From Leptolyngbyaceae cyanobacterium (GTDB lineage Bacteria > Cyanobacteriota > Cyanobacteriia > Phormidesmidales > Phormidesmidaceae): a DNA stretch of 64,000 nt. The notes under the pieces were generated by a model. That model was not told where the DNA came from. It saw only the letters and a program-made list of their open reading frames with translations, and searched no databases. The DNA is taken from positions 3,200,001 through 3,264,000 of the forward strand of contig CBDHHL010000032.1 in NCBI GenBank assembly GCA_965263355.1, read 5' to 3'. Positions 20,965 to 32,219 of the stretch are shown one piece after another (the first letter of the stretch is position 1; the number at the start of each line of letters is the position of its first letter). The position numbers were made by a program, and so were the translations under genes.

Positions 20965-21513
20965 TTACGATGCTGGCCAAATGTTAGCAAATTCGTTGCT
21001 AAGACATCGCCGTAGAATATCTTGGTGATTAAACGCTAATTCCATCTCCAAGGCTTTATCTAAGGTAAACCAGCCGACATCAGTCACCTCACCTGTACTG
21101 ACTTGGGGGGTCAATTTAGGTAGCTCTGCACCCTGACTGAGGAATACCATCAGCGGATAGTGCATAGTGACGTTCTGAGAGCGACGGGGTTCACTAAAAA
21201 CTAAGCTGGGTTGGTCAAGGGAACCTTCTAGACGGTGCTTGGCCTGGATTTCTGTTAAATCCAGGCCAAGCTCTTCCCACACTTCACGCACAACGGCACC
21301 ACCAATGGTTTCGTCATAGTCCAGATAGCCGCCAGCTAAACACCACTTGCCTACCTCAGACGGTAAGTCGGGACCGCGTTTATTTAAGGGGACGTAGGCT
21401 TTACCGTTGTAAATGACGACCAAAATGGCCAAAACGGTAACACTACGGCTGATCCAAAGCTCCTCACCGTCGACGATGACACAACGATTTGGAGTACTGG
21501 TGAACTTAGCCAT
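20965..21513 (-). CDS. NUDIX hydrolase
   Basis: Nudix box GGYLDYDETIGGAVVREVWEELGL, LAFNH. Confidence 0.92.
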   Translation of the reverse strand: MAKFTSTPNRCVIVDGEELWISRSVTVLAILVVIYNGKAYVPLNKRGPDLPSEVGKWCLAGGYLDYDETIGGAVVREVWEELGLDLTEIQAKHRLEGSLDQPSLVFSEPRRSQNVTMHYPLMVFLSQGAELPKLTPQVSTGEVTDVGWFTLDKALEMELAFNHQDILRRCLSNEFANIWPAS

Positions 21514-21534
21514 GGATTAACCCGAACAAAGGGC

Positions 21535-23490
21535 TTAGGTGCTCTGGTTGTTAAGATACGCTGCGATCGCATCTTCTGCAATCTGGGCCATGCTTACGCC
21601 CTTAGCGGTTGCAGTTTCCTTAAGCTGTAGATAGACATCGCCAGAGATACCCACACGGTGCTTGCGACGGCCTGATGCTTTCTTGTTTGCAGGCACATAG
21701 GATTCAGAGAAATTGTGGAGGGCATCGAAGCCGATGCGATCACAAAAATCACCAAAGCTTTCACTTGACTGACGACCTTTCTTAAAGAAGGCAAACATTG
21801 GCTCTAGGGTAGTTTCTAGCTCGTCAATGTTCATTTTTTGCATATAGGGCTGAGCCAGCCGCGTCTGATTGGGGGAGCCTCCTAGCCATAGTTGGTAAGC
21901 ATTGGGGCCACTACCGACAAAACCCAACTCAGCCATGTAAGGACGTGCGCAGCCATTAGGGCAACCGGTCATGCGAATCACAAAGTGCTCTTTTTTTAGC
22001 CCCAATTTGTTAAGTAATGATTGAATTCGTTCTAACACCGTGGGTATGGCTCGTTCTGACTCAGTCACAGCCAAACCACAGGTAGGTAGCGCTGGGCAAG
22101 CCATCGCATAGCGGTGGAGCAGATTGATTTGATCGTCTGCATCAATGCCATTGCTACGCAGGATGTGATCGATTTCAGCTTGATCGGCTGGGTCAATCTC
22201 GGTCAGTAGCAAACTCTGGTTGCCTGTTAGACGTATAGGAAGACGATAGCGCAGCTCAATTTCCTTCAGTGCCGACTTGATTTTGAAGGCACCATTGTCA
22301 TAAATACGTCCGTTTTCAATGTGAATACCGAGGAAAAGCTTGCCATCCCCCTGTTCGTGCCAACCTAAGTAGTCGTAGAACTTCCACTCAGGCAGGGGCT
22401 TAAAAGGTTGAATACTCTTACCAAAGTACTCCTCAACTTGGGCACGGAACTTCTCCACGCCCCAGTCATTGATCAGGTACTTCATACGGGCGTGACGACG
22501 CTGTACCCGATCACCATAGTCACGCTGGGTGGCCACAATGGCCTTCATCAGGTCATAAATATCGTCTTTATCGACATAGCCAATCTCATCAGCAATGCGG
22601 GCAAAGGTTTCTTCCTTGTTGTGGGTACGGCCCATGCCACCGCCAGCAAGGACATTAAAGCCCAATAACTCTTTATTCTCATCGACAATCACCACCAGAG
22701 TAACGTCCTGAGTGTAGGCATCAATGGAGTTATCACCTGGCACAGTCACTGAGCACTTAAATTTACGTGGCATGTAGTGGGTGCCATAGATGGGCTCAAC
22801 GCTGTCATTGAAAACAGTGCCACTGTCATTGCGTTGACGAGCGGCAACTACATCTGGGTGTTCTTCTGCGGTAACCGCCTTTTCACCATCTAGCCAAATC
22901 TCGTAATAGGCAGAGGTTTGAGGTGTGAGTAAATCAGCAATCCGATTGGCATAATCTCGGGCATAGACATACTCAGGCTTGTCCTTGAAGGGCGCAGGAA
23001 CTGCCATTACATTGCGGTTGAGATCGCCACAGGCTCCCAGGGTAGACCCCATGCTACGAATGATCGACGCCATGGTTGCCTTGAGATTTTTCTTCAAGAT
23101 GCCATGGAGCTGAAACGCTTGACGGGTAGTGGCTCGAATATTGCCATAACCGTACTTATCAGATAGCTCATCCAGCGTTAAATACAGCTCTGGTGATACC
23201 AGCCCCCCTGGATTGCGGGTTCGCAGCATCATACGATAATCCTTTTCCTGACCTTTAACCCGGTTATCCCGATTGTCCTGTTGATAGGACCCATGGAATT
23301 TAAGAATTTGGATGCCATCTTCACTAAAGTGGGTGGTATCTTGGGCTAGCTCAGTAGCAACGGGCTCGCGAAGAAACTGACTCCGCTCTTTAATGCCTTC
23401 CAGCCTTGACACTTTCTTCACAGAATTCTGAACAACAGGACCCGCAGCCTGAGCTACTTGCTTACTAGGAGAAATCGGAGTTTGAACCAT
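21535..23490 (-). CDS. sir: Ferredoxin-sulfite reductase
   Basis: [43 protein letters not shown]; start ATG 23490. Confidence 0.97.
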   Translation of the reverse strand: MVQTPISPSKQVAQAAGPVVQNSVKKVSRLEGIKERSQFLREPVATELAQDTTHFSEDGIQILKFHGSYQQDNRDNRVKGQEKDYRMMLRTRNPGGLVSPELYLTLDELSDKYGYGNIRATTRQAFQLHGILKKNLKATMASIIRSMGSTLGACGDLNRNVMAVPAPFKDKPEYVYARDYANRIADLLTPQTSAYYEIWLDGEKAVTAEEHPDVVAARQRNDSGTVFNDSVEPIYGTHYMPRKFKCSVTVPGDNSIDAYTQDVTLVVIVDENKELLGFNVLAGGGMGRTHNKEETFARIADEIGYVDKDDIYDLMKAIVATQRDYGDRVQRRHARMKYLINDWGVEKFRAQVEEYFGKSIQPFKPLPEWKFYDYLGWHEQGDGKLFLGIHIENGRIYDNGAFKIKSALKEIELRYRLPIRLTGNQSLLLTEIDPADQAEIDHILRSNGIDADDQINLLHRYAMACPALPTCGLAVTESERAIPTVLERIQSLLNKLGLKKEHFVIRMTGCPNGCARPYMAELGFVGSGPNAYQLWLGGSPNQTRLAQPYMQKMNIDELETTLEPMFAFFKKGRQSSESFGDFCDRIGFDALHNFSESYVPANKKASGRRKHRVGISGDVYLQLKETATAKGVSMAQIAEDAIAAYLNNQST

Positions 23491-23875
23491 GATGTAGCGG
23501 TCGATAGCAGAACAATAAAAGGTGAATCCGAAAAGCATGCAAGCATTGGCAAAAAATGCTCAAGCCTGGTATGGGCGCTTCGGTCAGTGGACTGGGGGTC
23601 GGGAGACTAGCAAGGCTAAATTTTAATTGGGTCGCTAGCTAATGTTGGAATTACCAAGTAAATCGTTAGACTTTATTGCCCGGTAATCCGCTCGGGATAG
23701 TGGGGTATATCTAATGGTATCATTGCTAACCATTTTGTCTATGGGTAGCTTCGTAGTAAATGTTAGCTAACGCTGAAAATTAGCCTTGGACTTGAGATTG
23801 CAATACCCCCATCTCAACTAAGCCTTTAGGATTGAGCCAGGGTGTTGTCTAAATCAAATTTCTGGAGGTTTAGGG

Positions 23876-24133
23876 ATGGCAGATGCCATGATGTACAGCG
23901 AAGATATGTTTGTGTTACTAATGCCAGGCAGCGATGAGATCTTTGTGGAGCCCGATGAGCTGCTGGAAAAGCTAAGGGTTATGTTAGAGCACTATCCTGG
24001 TGTGCTTCCCAGAGACTTACAAAAGTTTGACTTAGTCGACCAGCAGGCCCAGCATCTACGGGATACCGCTTGTGAGTTTGAGGTGACCCCAGGCGTTTCA
24101 TGGCAATGGTATGCCGTACGATTGGAAAAGTAG
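23876..24133 (+). CDS. Chlororespiratory reduction 7 (CRR7)-like NDH-1 assembly protein
   Basis: LPRDLQKF, L.DT.CE, QWYAVRLEK. Confidence 0.85.
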   Translation: MADAMMYSEDMFVLLMPGSDEIFVEPDELLEKLRVMLEHYPGVLPRDLQKFDLVDQQAQHLRDTACEFEVTPGVSWQWYAVRLEK

Positions 24134-24230
24134 TAGCATTGCCTGCAATGCCCATCAGGCTGCCTTTTTTTTTAGAACTATGTAGAATAAAGAGCAAATA
24201 GTGCTGTTGTTCGGAGCGATTAGCTGACCT

Positions 24231-25109
24231 GTGGATGAACTCAGGACAGGGTTAGAGTTGGCAACCCATGACGAACTGGCCGCCTTAGCCGAAGTACTCT
24301 TTCGACCAAAGTTTAATCCTCTAGATTATTGGTGCATTCCTTCACCTCAGGTAGTGCAGGCCTGCGATCGCATCCATTGTATAAAGCAGATAGATGCTCG
24401 ACTGCGCTATTTGGCCGCTGATGGGCTGACGGTGCTGCGGCAAGATACTCAGCAGCTCAGCTATCGCCAGATCTTATTGCAGCTGGGTCGACAGCTTAAG
24501 CTCCAGCTATCAACGCGGCTTTCCACCCTCGATTTAGAGGCTGAAATTTTTTTGCAATTGCTGGAAAAAACCTGGTATCGGCTGACTCCACGTCAGCAAC
24601 GCCAGTTACAGAGACGGTTGACCAGTGAACTGGCCCAAATGGAAGAAGTCCAAGACGAATTCCAACGGCTATCCCCTCAGGTCAGACAAAATCCCATGGC
24701 CCTGGTGCTTAAGGGGGGCAGTGCAGTTGCGGTTAATTCAGTCATTCGCCCCTGGCTGCTCCAGCAGATCGCAAAGCAATTTGCCCTACAGTTTGCTCGC
24801 TATCAGGTGGCTCAACAAACCTTACGTGGGGCTACCGCGTTGGGCAATCAAGTTCAAGGTAGGGCGGTTATGCATCTAGCTTCTCGTGGCATGGCTATTA
24901 ATGCCGCCCGTTATGGTGCTGTGCGGAGTGTCTTTGCTTGTCTTGGTCCGGCCCTATGGGCTTGGTTTGTAGTTGATTTGGGTTGGCGGGCGATTGCATC
25001 GAACTACACCCGAGTGCTTCCTGTTGTATTTACCTTGGCTCAGATTCGATTGATCCGTGATCCGGGTAATGAGCGATCACGGGAAGCAACGTTAGAAGCG
25101 GCAGCATAA
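24231..25109 (+). CDS. YaaW-like conserved protein
   Basis: MDELR..LELAT, KFNPLDY, YLAADG, DLGWRAI..NY.R. Confidence 0.75.
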   Translation: MDELRTGLELATHDELAALAEVLFRPKFNPLDYWCIPSPQVVQACDRIHCIKQIDARLRYLAADGLTVLRQDTQQLSYRQILLQLGRQLKLQLSTRLSTLDLEAEIFLQLLEKTWYRLTPRQQRQLQRRLTSELAQMEEVQDEFQRLSPQVRQNPMALVLKGGSAVAVNSVIRPWLLQQIAKQFALQFARYQVAQQTLRGATALGNQVQGRAVMHLASRGMAINAARYGAVRSVFACLGPALWAWFVVDLGWRAIASNYTRVLPVVFTLAQIRLIRDPGNERSREATLEAAA

Positions 25110-25127
25110 TCTGGCACCTGAATAAAC

Positions 25128-25592
25128 ATGACAAACAGTGTCTCTGACGACAGTCCCAAAAATCACTATGAACTCCTGGGGGTGAAGCCGACGGCTTCTG
25201 CCCAGGAGATTCGGCGTGCCTATCGCGAATTAAGCAAACTCTATCATCCTGATACGACTGAATTGTCGAGTGCGATCGCAACCCAGAAGTTTCAGGCACT
25301 GAATGAAGCCTATGGCATTTTGAGTAATCCAGAGCAGCGGCTTAGCTACGATCATAAAATTGGCTATTCCCGTTTTTATGTCAGCCAATCCCCTCAAGAC
25401 GTGGATAATGGCTCTGGCAAGGTATCCTTTGAATCTCGCTATACCTATTTAGACCCCACCGATCGACCCCTATCTGCCGGAGAAATCTTTGCCCTATTTA
25501 TATTGGGGATCACATTTGCCGCCTGCCTAGCACTAGTATTGATTTTAGGGATTGCCGATAGTGACTTTACCCTATCTGCTCTGAAGTCCTAA
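25128..25592 (+). CDS. J-domain membrane protein
   Basis: HYELLG, YHPD, LNEAY.ILS; C-terminal TM. Confidence 0.92.
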   Translation: MTNSVSDDSPKNHYELLGVKPTASAQEIRRAYRELSKLYHPDTTELSSAIATQKFQALNEAYGILSNPEQRLSYDHKIGYSRFYVSQSPQDVDNGSGKVSFESRYTYLDPTDRPLSAGEIFALFILGITFAACLALVLILGIADSDFTLSALKS

Positions 25593-25625
25593 GCTAATAA
25601 TCTCAAAATTACATAGTCATATCCC

Positions 25626-25898
25626 ATGGTTCTTCCCTCTGCTGATACCCCTCTGTACAATCATACGCTGCCTGATATTGAGCTATGGCTGACCCAGCAG
25701 GGGTGTAAGCAGAATATCTCTGAACTCAACCGTTGGGAAATTTCTAAAGCAGCCTGGCGGGCAGACTTAGTCCTTGAAACAGATTCCCTCGTTGTCCGGT
25801 ATATGGAGGCTGGTGATGGGAGCGAGGATATTCAACGTGGTTTTAAGTATTCTCTTAGCCGTCAAGACTTAGAGGATGCGATTTTTACCGGACCATAA
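25626..25898 (+). CDS. DUF3143 family protein
   Basis: TPLYNH.LP.IE.WL, FKYSLSR.D.E.AIF.GP. Confidence 0.82.
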   Translation: MVLPSADTPLYNHTLPDIELWLTQQGCKQNISELNRWEISKAAWRADLVLETDSLVVRYMEAGDGSEDIQRGFKYSLSRQDLEDAIFTGP

Positions 25899-25975
25899 CG
25901 TTGTCACGAGAACTTTTTTTGGTTTTCGGGTTAGTGCAGACATAGCTTAGTTGCGTAACTCTTTGAAGATATTGG

Positions 25976-26389
25976 TTAGAAATATTGATCACATCGGTCT
26001 GATTTGCAGACACGATACGTTGATTCATAGGTGGATGGACGGCGGCCAAACAATCGATATCGATTATCTCTGATAAAGGCATAAAGCCTATCACCACTAC
26101 GCTTTAAACCTGGGAAGCTGCGATAGGCGGCAATAAATAGTGTGCCAACAGGTAGCAGTGCGCCAATTTCTTCAGCGGCATTACTTCCTTGCCATCGCCG
26201 CGTGGGATTAGTCTCATCAATCAGTAGCATACCCAACTCACAGTCAGTTGCTGTAACGTTAAATGTCTCTAGCATTTCAGTATCTTGCATCGAGACATAG
26301 CGAAATCGGGTTCCCTGATCAAGCCACTCTAACCACTGCACTAAAGTACTGCAGAGATTGCAGTCACCGTCGTAGATCACACAGTACAT
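25976..26389 (-). CDS. DCC1-like thiol-disulfide oxidoreductase (DUF393)
   Basis: YDGDCNLC, Y..IRDNRYRLFG; probable start 26389. Confidence 0.88.
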   Translation of the reverse strand: MYCVIYDGDCNLCSTLVQWLEWLDQGTRFRYVSMQDTEMLETFNVTATDCELGMLLIDETNPTRRWQGSNAAEEIGALLPVGTLFIAAYRSFPGLKRSGDRLYAFIRDNRYRLFGRRPSTYESTYRVCKSDRCDQYF

Positions 26390-26635
26390 AACATTTTGCG
26401 TAAAATTTTGATGTCTAAAAAAAGGATGCATCCCTAGCATTGAGTTCCGCAGAGGCTTGGCATAAAGCAAACACCCCATGAGCACCTTAATACTTACCCA
26501 TCACATATCCTTTCAAATTATGGAGTTAAGGGATTACAGGAACTCAAAATGTAGTCCGCTATACGTTAAGAAGGTTGTTAAAGGCACAAAATCACCGAAT
26601 AAAGCATGTTAGCTTAGGCACATTTTCTGATTTTT

Positions 26636-26654
26636 CTTAACCTGACCTTTACCT
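26636..26654 (+). promoter_or_regulatory. Pho box (SphR/PhoB site) upstream of pstS
   Basis: CTTAACCT-gac-CTTTACCT fits the cyanobacterial PyTTAAPyPy(T/A) repeat with 3-bp spacer. Confidence 0.72.
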
Positions 26655-26721
26655 TGAGTCGCTAGTTTTCACCAAGAATGTCTCTAGACATTTTTGGTGA
26701 GGAGTTTAATTTTAAGCAATC

Positions 26722-27744
26722 ATGGAATTCAAAGCACGGAAAATGCGCTACGCATACTCAGCGACTCTGCTTGCTCTATTAACTAGCCTGGCTGCTTGCG
26801 GCGGTGGCACTACTGATACCGCTGGCGCTCCTGCTGACGGTGGTACTGAAGTTGCGTCTGGTGGCGTATCTGGTGACGTTTTAATTGATGGTTCTAGTAC
26901 TGTATTTCCCATTGCAGAAGCAATGAGTGAAGAATTCAGTATTGCTAACCCTGGTGTGAATGTAACCGTTGGTGTTTCTGGCTCCGGTGGCGGTTTTAAG
27001 AAGTTCTGCGCTGGTGAAACTGATGTTTCTAATGCGTCTCGTCCTATCAAGGATGAAGAGGTTGCAGCTTGTGAAGAAGCGGGTATTGAGTTTATCGAAG
27101 TACCCATTGCTTTTGACGGTCTAACAATTGTTACTAATCAAGGTAACGACTGGGCTCAGTGCTTGACTGTAGAACAGCTAAATACCATGTGGTCCCCTGA
27201 TTCTGAAGGTTCAGTTGCTAACTGGAATCAGGTTGACGCATCTTTTCCTGATCAGGCATTGGGTCTCTATGGTCCTGGTACTGACTCCGGTACATTCGAT
27301 TACTTCACTGACGAAGTTAATGGTGAAGAGGGTGCAAGTCGTGGTGACTACACTGCTAGCGAAGACGATAACGTTATCGTTAATGGTGTAACTGGCGATG
27401 AGGGTGCTTTAGGCTACTTTGGTTATGCTTACTTTGAAGAGAATTCTGGCTCTTTGAAGGCTGTTGAGATTCAAAACGAAGATGGTGATTGTGTGGCTCC
27501 TTCTACGGAGACCATCGCTGATGGTTCCTACAATCCCATGTCTCGTCCCTTGTTCTTCTACGTCAAGAAAGAAGCCTATGACACTAAGGAGCAAGTGAAG
27601 GCCTTTGTTGACTTCATGCTTGATCCTAAGAACGGTGAGTTGATTGGTGATGCTGGTTATGTAGCGTTACCTGATGATATCCTAGCCAACTCCAAGGCTC
27701 GTGTTGATGAAGTCAAGCTAGGTACTGATCCTACTAACCTTTAG
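26722..27744 (+). CDS. pstS: Phosphate ABC transporter substrate-binding lipoprotein
   Basis: Lipobox LAAC, DGSSTVFP, GSGGG, NASR, DSGTFDYF, SRPLF. Confidence 0.96.
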   Translation: MEFKARKMRYAYSATLLALLTSLAACGGGTTDTAGAPADGGTEVASGGVSGDVLIDGSSTVFPIAEAMSEEFSIANPGVNVTVGVSGSGGGFKKFCAGETDVSNASRPIKDEEVAACEEAGIEFIEVPIAFDGLTIVTNQGNDWAQCLTVEQLNTMWSPDSEGSVANWNQVDASFPDQALGLYGPGTDSGTFDYFTDEVNGEEGASRGDYTASEDDNVIVNGVTGDEGALGYFGYAYFEENSGSLKAVEIQNEDGDCVAPSTETIADGSYNPMSRPLFFYVKKEAYDTKEQVKAFVDFMLDPKNGELIGDAGYVALPDDILANSKARVDEVKLGTDPTNL

Positions 27745-27786
27745 GGTTTGACGCCCATCAGCATATCTGTCTGATTAGGTGCTTTC

Positions 27787-27816
27787 AGCTGGAGGGGGTG
27801 ACTGCCCTCTCCAGCT
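27787..27816 (+). terminator. Stem-loop between pstS and pstC
   Basis: AGCTGGAGGGGG...CCCTCTCCAGCT followed by CTCTTT. Confidence 0.6.
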
Positions 27817-28042
27817 CTCTTTACTAAAAAGAAGTTCTGTTCTGCATTGCTCGATGCAGACTTCGAAGAGTTTTTGAGATAGTTTGTTTGTGCATCTAGG
27901 GCGTTTGCTTTCCGGAGGGAAAGACTAGTTAGCCGCTTAGATGCGTTTTATCATTGTCCACGTCCAAAACGGTTGTTTTGACCCATGGCGATGCAGGTGC
28001 CTGGACGTGGTTTAGCCCCAACCCGCGCTGAGGACTTTGTGC

Positions 28043-29023
28043 ATGACAGCTGAGCTTCCCATAACCGATATTGCTCCAGATGCCTGGAAACCGAATCGTG
28101 GTCGTTCTGAAACTATTCAGTTGATCATCAAAATTATTTGTGGAGCATTTGCAACGATTTCGATTTTGACCACTATTGGCATTATTGGAACGTTGATTTT
28201 TGAAGCGTTCTCGTTTTTTGGAGACTTGCCAGGTGAGCTTTCGAAGGATGGTGAGCAAGTTTCCTACATTCAAGGTGTTATTCACTTTTTGACTGCTGGG
28301 CGCTGGACCCCTTTGTTTGCCAGTAAGCAGTTTGGGATTTTTGTGTTAATCAGTGCCACGCTGATGATTACTTTTATCTCCATTATTGTGGCGCTTCCCT
28401 TAGGTCTATTGGCGGCTATTTGTTTGAGTGAGTATGCCAGTCCTAAGCTACGCCAAATCCTTAAGCCCGTTCTAGAGATTTTGGCGGGTGTGCCAACGGT
28501 AGTTTATGGCTACTTTGCGCTGTTAACGGTGACTCCGTTTTTGAAGGCATTTTTACCTGTGGAGGGTTTTAACTCCTTAAGTGCAGGCATTGTTTTAGGC
28601 GTTATGATTACGCCGATGGTGGCTTCTTTGAGTGAAGACGCTATTTATTCTGTTCCTCAAACCCTGCGAGATGGTTCCTATGCGTTGGGTGGGACTAAGC
28701 GTGAAACGGTTTGGTCCGTTGTGTTGCCTGCTGCTCTCTCCGGTATTGTTTCGTCATTGATTCTGGCGATGTCACGAGCCATTGGTGAGACTATGATTGT
28801 GACCCTGGCAGCTGGTGCAAACCCCACCCTGGGCTTTAATCCATTTGTTCCTGTGATGACTATGACGGCCTACATCGTACAGGTGACTAAGGGGGATGCT
28901 CCTCACGGCACAATTGCCTATGAAACTCTCTACGCCGTGGGTATGACGCTGTTTCTTATTACCCTTGCACTCAACATTTTTAGTTTCTGGTTTGTGCGTC
29001 GCTTCCGTCAAAAGTACGACTAG
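28043..29023 (+). CDS. pstC: Phosphate ABC transporter permease
   Basis: EILAGVPTVVYG, SLSEDA, SRAIGETM. Confidence 0.96.
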   Translation: MTAELPITDIAPDAWKPNRGRSETIQLIIKIICGAFATISILTTIGIIGTLIFEAFSFFGDLPGELSKDGEQVSYIQGVIHFLTAGRWTPLFASKQFGIFVLISATLMITFISIIVALPLGLLAAICLSEYASPKLRQILKPVLEILAGVPTVVYGYFALLTVTPFLKAFLPVEGFNSLSAGIVLGVMITPMVASLSEDAIYSVPQTLRDGSYALGGTKRETVWSVVLPAALSGIVSSLILAMSRAIGETMIVTLAAGANPTLGFNPFVPVMTMTAYIVQVTKGDAPHGTIAYETLYAVGMTLFLITLALNIFSFWFVRRFRQKYD

Positions 29024-29098
29024 CGAATTTGGCAAGGTTTTGTTGGCTTAGGTCATTTGGGCAGTAGTAGGGAAATTGAGCAAATAGGAATAAAGGAT

Positions 29099-30007
29099 AT
29101 GACGGCTCAAGGGATTGACAGTAAGGATGTAGCGATTGGCAACTTTAAGCAAAATTTGTCGGGTCGCTATAACTTGGATAGAGTATTTGCGACAGCAGCC
29201 TGGACCGCAACTATTATTGCTGTTCTGGTATTGGCATGGTTGTTGTTCACAATTTTGAAGGACGGTTTAGGAACTATAAACTGGAACTTTTTTAATGCTT
29301 TTCCGTCTCGGAAGGCTGAACAAGCGGGTATTAAGCCAGCGTTCTTTGGTACTTTGTGGCTAATGGCGGTTGTGGCAGCCACATCTTTCCCTATTGGGGT
29401 GGGCTCGGCTATCTATTTAGAGGAATTTGCCACTGATAACTGGTTTAGTCGCCTAGTGGAAATCAACATTGGTAACTTGGCAGGCGTGCCTTCTATCATT
29501 TATGGTTTGCTGGGTTTGGCTGTCTTTAAGCGAATTATGGAGCCAATTACAGGGGGGAATAGCGTACTCTCTGGTGGCTTGACGCTGTCATTGTTAATCT
29601 TGCCGGTCATTATTGTGGCAACACGAGAAGCGCTGAGGGCCGTGCCAAACAGCATTCGTCTCGCGGGGTTTGCTCTGGGGGCTAATAAGTGGCAGGTTAT
29701 TTGGAACCATGTTTTGCCCAGTGCTATGCCTGGGGTTTTGACAGGGGTGATTCTGGCATTATCCCGTGCAATTGGCGAAACAGCTCCCTTAATCGCCATT
29801 GGTGCAGTTGCGTTTATTCGTTCTACGCCTAGCAGTTTACAGAGCCCGTTTACGGCGATGCCGATTCAAATTTATAACTGGGTTGGCCGTCCTCAGGCTG
29901 AGTTCCACAGTATTGCGGCATCTGGAATTATTGTGCTGATGGTGATGTTGTTGCTGATGAATACCATTGCTATCTATTTCCGTAATCGTTTCCAACAAAC
30001 ACGGTAG
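29099..30007 (+). CDS. pstA: Phosphate ABC transporter permease
   Basis: [23 protein letters not shown]. Confidence 0.96.
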   Translation: MTAQGIDSKDVAIGNFKQNLSGRYNLDRVFATAAWTATIIAVLVLAWLLFTILKDGLGTINWNFFNAFPSRKAEQAGIKPAFFGTLWLMAVVAATSFPIGVGSAIYLEEFATDNWFSRLVEINIGNLAGVPSIIYGLLGLAVFKRIMEPITGGNSVLSGGLTLSLLILPVIIVATREALRAVPNSIRLAGFALGANKWQVIWNHVLPSAMPGVLTGVILALSRAIGETAPLIAIGAVAFIRSTPSSLQSPFTAMPIQIYNWVGRPQAEFHSIAASGIIVLMVMLLLMNTIAIYFRNRFQQTR

Positions 30008-30069
30008 CTGTTGCTGCAACTACAGTTGCCATTTTTTCGACATTGGGTACTAGCAGGAATACTAAGACT

Positions 30070-30867
30070 ATGCAAGACACACGTCCTCAAACAATGACTG
30101 ATACGGCGTTAAAGGCTGAAAAAATCTCGGTTTACTACGGTTCTACCTTGGCAGTAAAGGATGTTTTCCTAGACATTCCCCGCAATCAAATTGTGGCTTT
30201 TATTGGTCCGTCTGGATGTGGTAAGAGTACTGTTCTACGTTGCTTTAACCGCATGAATGACTTGATCCCTAGCGCTCGTGTCGAGGGCAACATTCTGTTT
30301 GATGGAGAAGATATCAAGCGGTTTGATCCTGTGGAGCTGCGTCGTCGGGTAGGCATGGTGTTTCAGAAGCCTAATCCCTTTCCCAAATCTATTTACGAAA
30401 ATATTGCTTTTGGTGCTCGTATTAATGGTTACCAGGGTGATATGGATGAGCTGGTAGAGCGTTCTCTAAAGGGTGCAGCTCTTTGGGATGAAGTCAAGGA
30501 TAAGCTTAAAGAAAGTGGTCTTGGTTTATCTGGTGGTCAGCAGCAGCGTTTGTGTATTGCTCGTGCGATCGCAATCGAACCTGAGGTTATTCTCATGGAC
30601 GAACCCTGTTCTGCCTTAGACCCCATTTCTACCCTGAAAGTTGAAGAGCTGATGCATGATCTGAAGACGCAGTACACGATTGTGATTGTGACTCATAACA
30701 TGCAGCAAGCGTCTCGTGTGTCAGACAAGACGGCGTTTTTCAATGCTCAGGCCACTGAAGCTGGCGGTAAGATGGGTTACCTGGTTGAGTACGACGATAC
30801 CCAGGTTATCTTTAGCAACCCTCGCGAAGAGTATACCCGCGATTATGTGTCTGGCCGATTTGGTTAA
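30070..30867 (+). CDS. pstB: Phosphate ABC transporter ATPase
   Basis: [38 protein letters not shown]. Confidence 0.97.
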   Translation: MQDTRPQTMTDTALKAEKISVYYGSTLAVKDVFLDIPRNQIVAFIGPSGCGKSTVLRCFNRMNDLIPSARVEGNILFDGEDIKRFDPVELRRRVGMVFQKPNPFPKSIYENIAFGARINGYQGDMDELVERSLKGAALWDEVKDKLKESGLGLSGGQQQRLCIARAIAIEPEVILMDEPCSALDPISTLKVEELMHDLKTQYTIVIVTHNMQQASRVSDKTAFFNAQATEAGGKMGYLVEYDDTQVIFSNPREEYTRDYVSGRFG

Positions 30868-30956
30868 TTAACTGATTTGGTTTGGATATCATCTATCGTT
30901 AAAACGTTGCAAAAATTTTTGTAGGGGTGCTCTTTGTGGGTACCCTGTTTTTTTGA

Positions 30957-31002
30957 GTTATTTCAGTAGGGGCATTGCATGCAATGCCCCTACTGAAATA
31001 AC
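30957..31002. repeat. 46-bp perfect palindrome with GTAG-type REP-like core
   Basis: GTTATTTCAGTAGGGGCATTGCA|TGCAATGCCCCTACTGAAATAAC. Confidence 0.9.
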
Positions 31003-32219
31003 AAAATGCCTGTCTGTAGTAGGCCAATGGTCAATCCCAGAATTCCCCCAAGGTTAACAATGGCTTGTAGCTCATTGCGGACAATACCTTGAATGGCCAT
31101 TTCCAGGTTACGGGGCGATGTGGCGGTGACTCGGTCCATGATCACCTGATCGATATCAAGAATAGGGATAGCTTTAGCAACGATATTTTCTAAGTCTTCT
31201 TCTAAATATCGTTCTAGAATTAAGGCCATTTCTTGGCTAGCAGTATCCAAAGACTCCATCACTACTGGAGAGGTTTGTAACCGTTTAAGCAGCCGTTGGG
31301 CTACCTTTTGCCAATTGATGGAATCACTCAGCCCTTTAAACAGGGGGACTCCATCAGTTTGTAAATAGTTGCGAATAGTTTCACGTAGTGTGGTTCTTAA
31401 CTGTTGAACAGTCGATATAGGCAACTCCTGCAGGGAGAAATTTTGTAGCCATTCTTGAAACCGATTTTCCACTCGCAGAGCGGTAATCAGTTCAGAAACT
31501 CGATTATTGCATTTGGTTGGTTCATCGAGACAGTAGGTGCGCAAACGGGTGAGCGCATTGCGAACGCCAAAAATATTGGCGACTACCCAATAGGTGCCGC
31601 TAGTTTTCTCCCGTAGAGTTTCGTCGATCACCTTGATATTACGATCGGTAAGAAAATCTATGATCAATCGACGTAGACGGTCAGGCGGCACAATGCCTTG
31701 ACGTACCCAGATAGATATTTGTTTAGCCTGATCTTCGCTAAGACGAAAGTTCAGCAGTACCTGATCAAAAATATGGTCAATTTGGTCAGCGAGAAAATTT
31801 TCATCTTTGGCCCATACTTTCAGCATTTTGGGTAATGATTGGCCCAGCATGTCCTGGAGAATATTGCCGAGAATGTGGGCGGTTTTATCTTGATTAGAGG
31901 TTTGGGTTTGGGTGAGTGCTAAGTCTAATAACCAGCGAATAGCCCCTTCCATCCGTTCGGTTTTGAGTAGCCGTTTGGCTAGACGCTGTAACTCCTCTGG
32001 CGTTAGTAGTGACCCCATGATAGTGTCAGCAATCCGTTTAGCTAAGCGGTTTTGGTTGCTAGGAATGAGCCCTGGTGTAAACGGTAGCTGTTGGCCCAAT
32101 AGAAAAATAGGTCGATAGGGCCGAAATAGCATTTTGATGGCTAAATCATTGGTGAAATAACCGATAATGCCACCGGCAATCGGCGGCACAGCTAATAGGA
32201 TGGGAGAAATCGCGTTCAT
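30990..32219 (-). CDS. DUF445 family membrane protein
   Basis: [37 protein letters not shown]. Confidence 0.9.
   Translation of the reverse strand: MNAISPILLAVPPIAGGIIGYFTNDLAIKMLFRPYRPIFLLGQQLPFTPGLIPSNQNRLAKRIADTIMGSLLTPEELQRLAKRLLKTERMEGAIRWLLDLALTQTQTSNQDKTAHILGNILQDMLGQSLPKMLKVWAKDENFLADQIDHIFDQVLLNFRLSEDQAKQISIWVRQGIVPPDRLRRLIIDFLTDRNIKVIDETLREKTSGTYWVVANIFGVRNALTRLRTYCLDEPTKCNNRVSELITALRVENRFQEWLQNFSLQELPISTVQQLRTTLRETIRNYLQTDGVPLFKGLSDSINWQKVAQRLLKRLQTSPVVMESLDTASQEMALILERYLEEDLENIVAKAIPILDIDQVIMDRVTATSPRNLEMAIQGIVRNELQAIVNLGGILGLTIGLLQTGILLFQ

Noticed and set aside
27929..28285. 118-aa minus-strand ORF at the pstS-pstC junction
   Set aside because: Mostly antisense to pstC, with no motif
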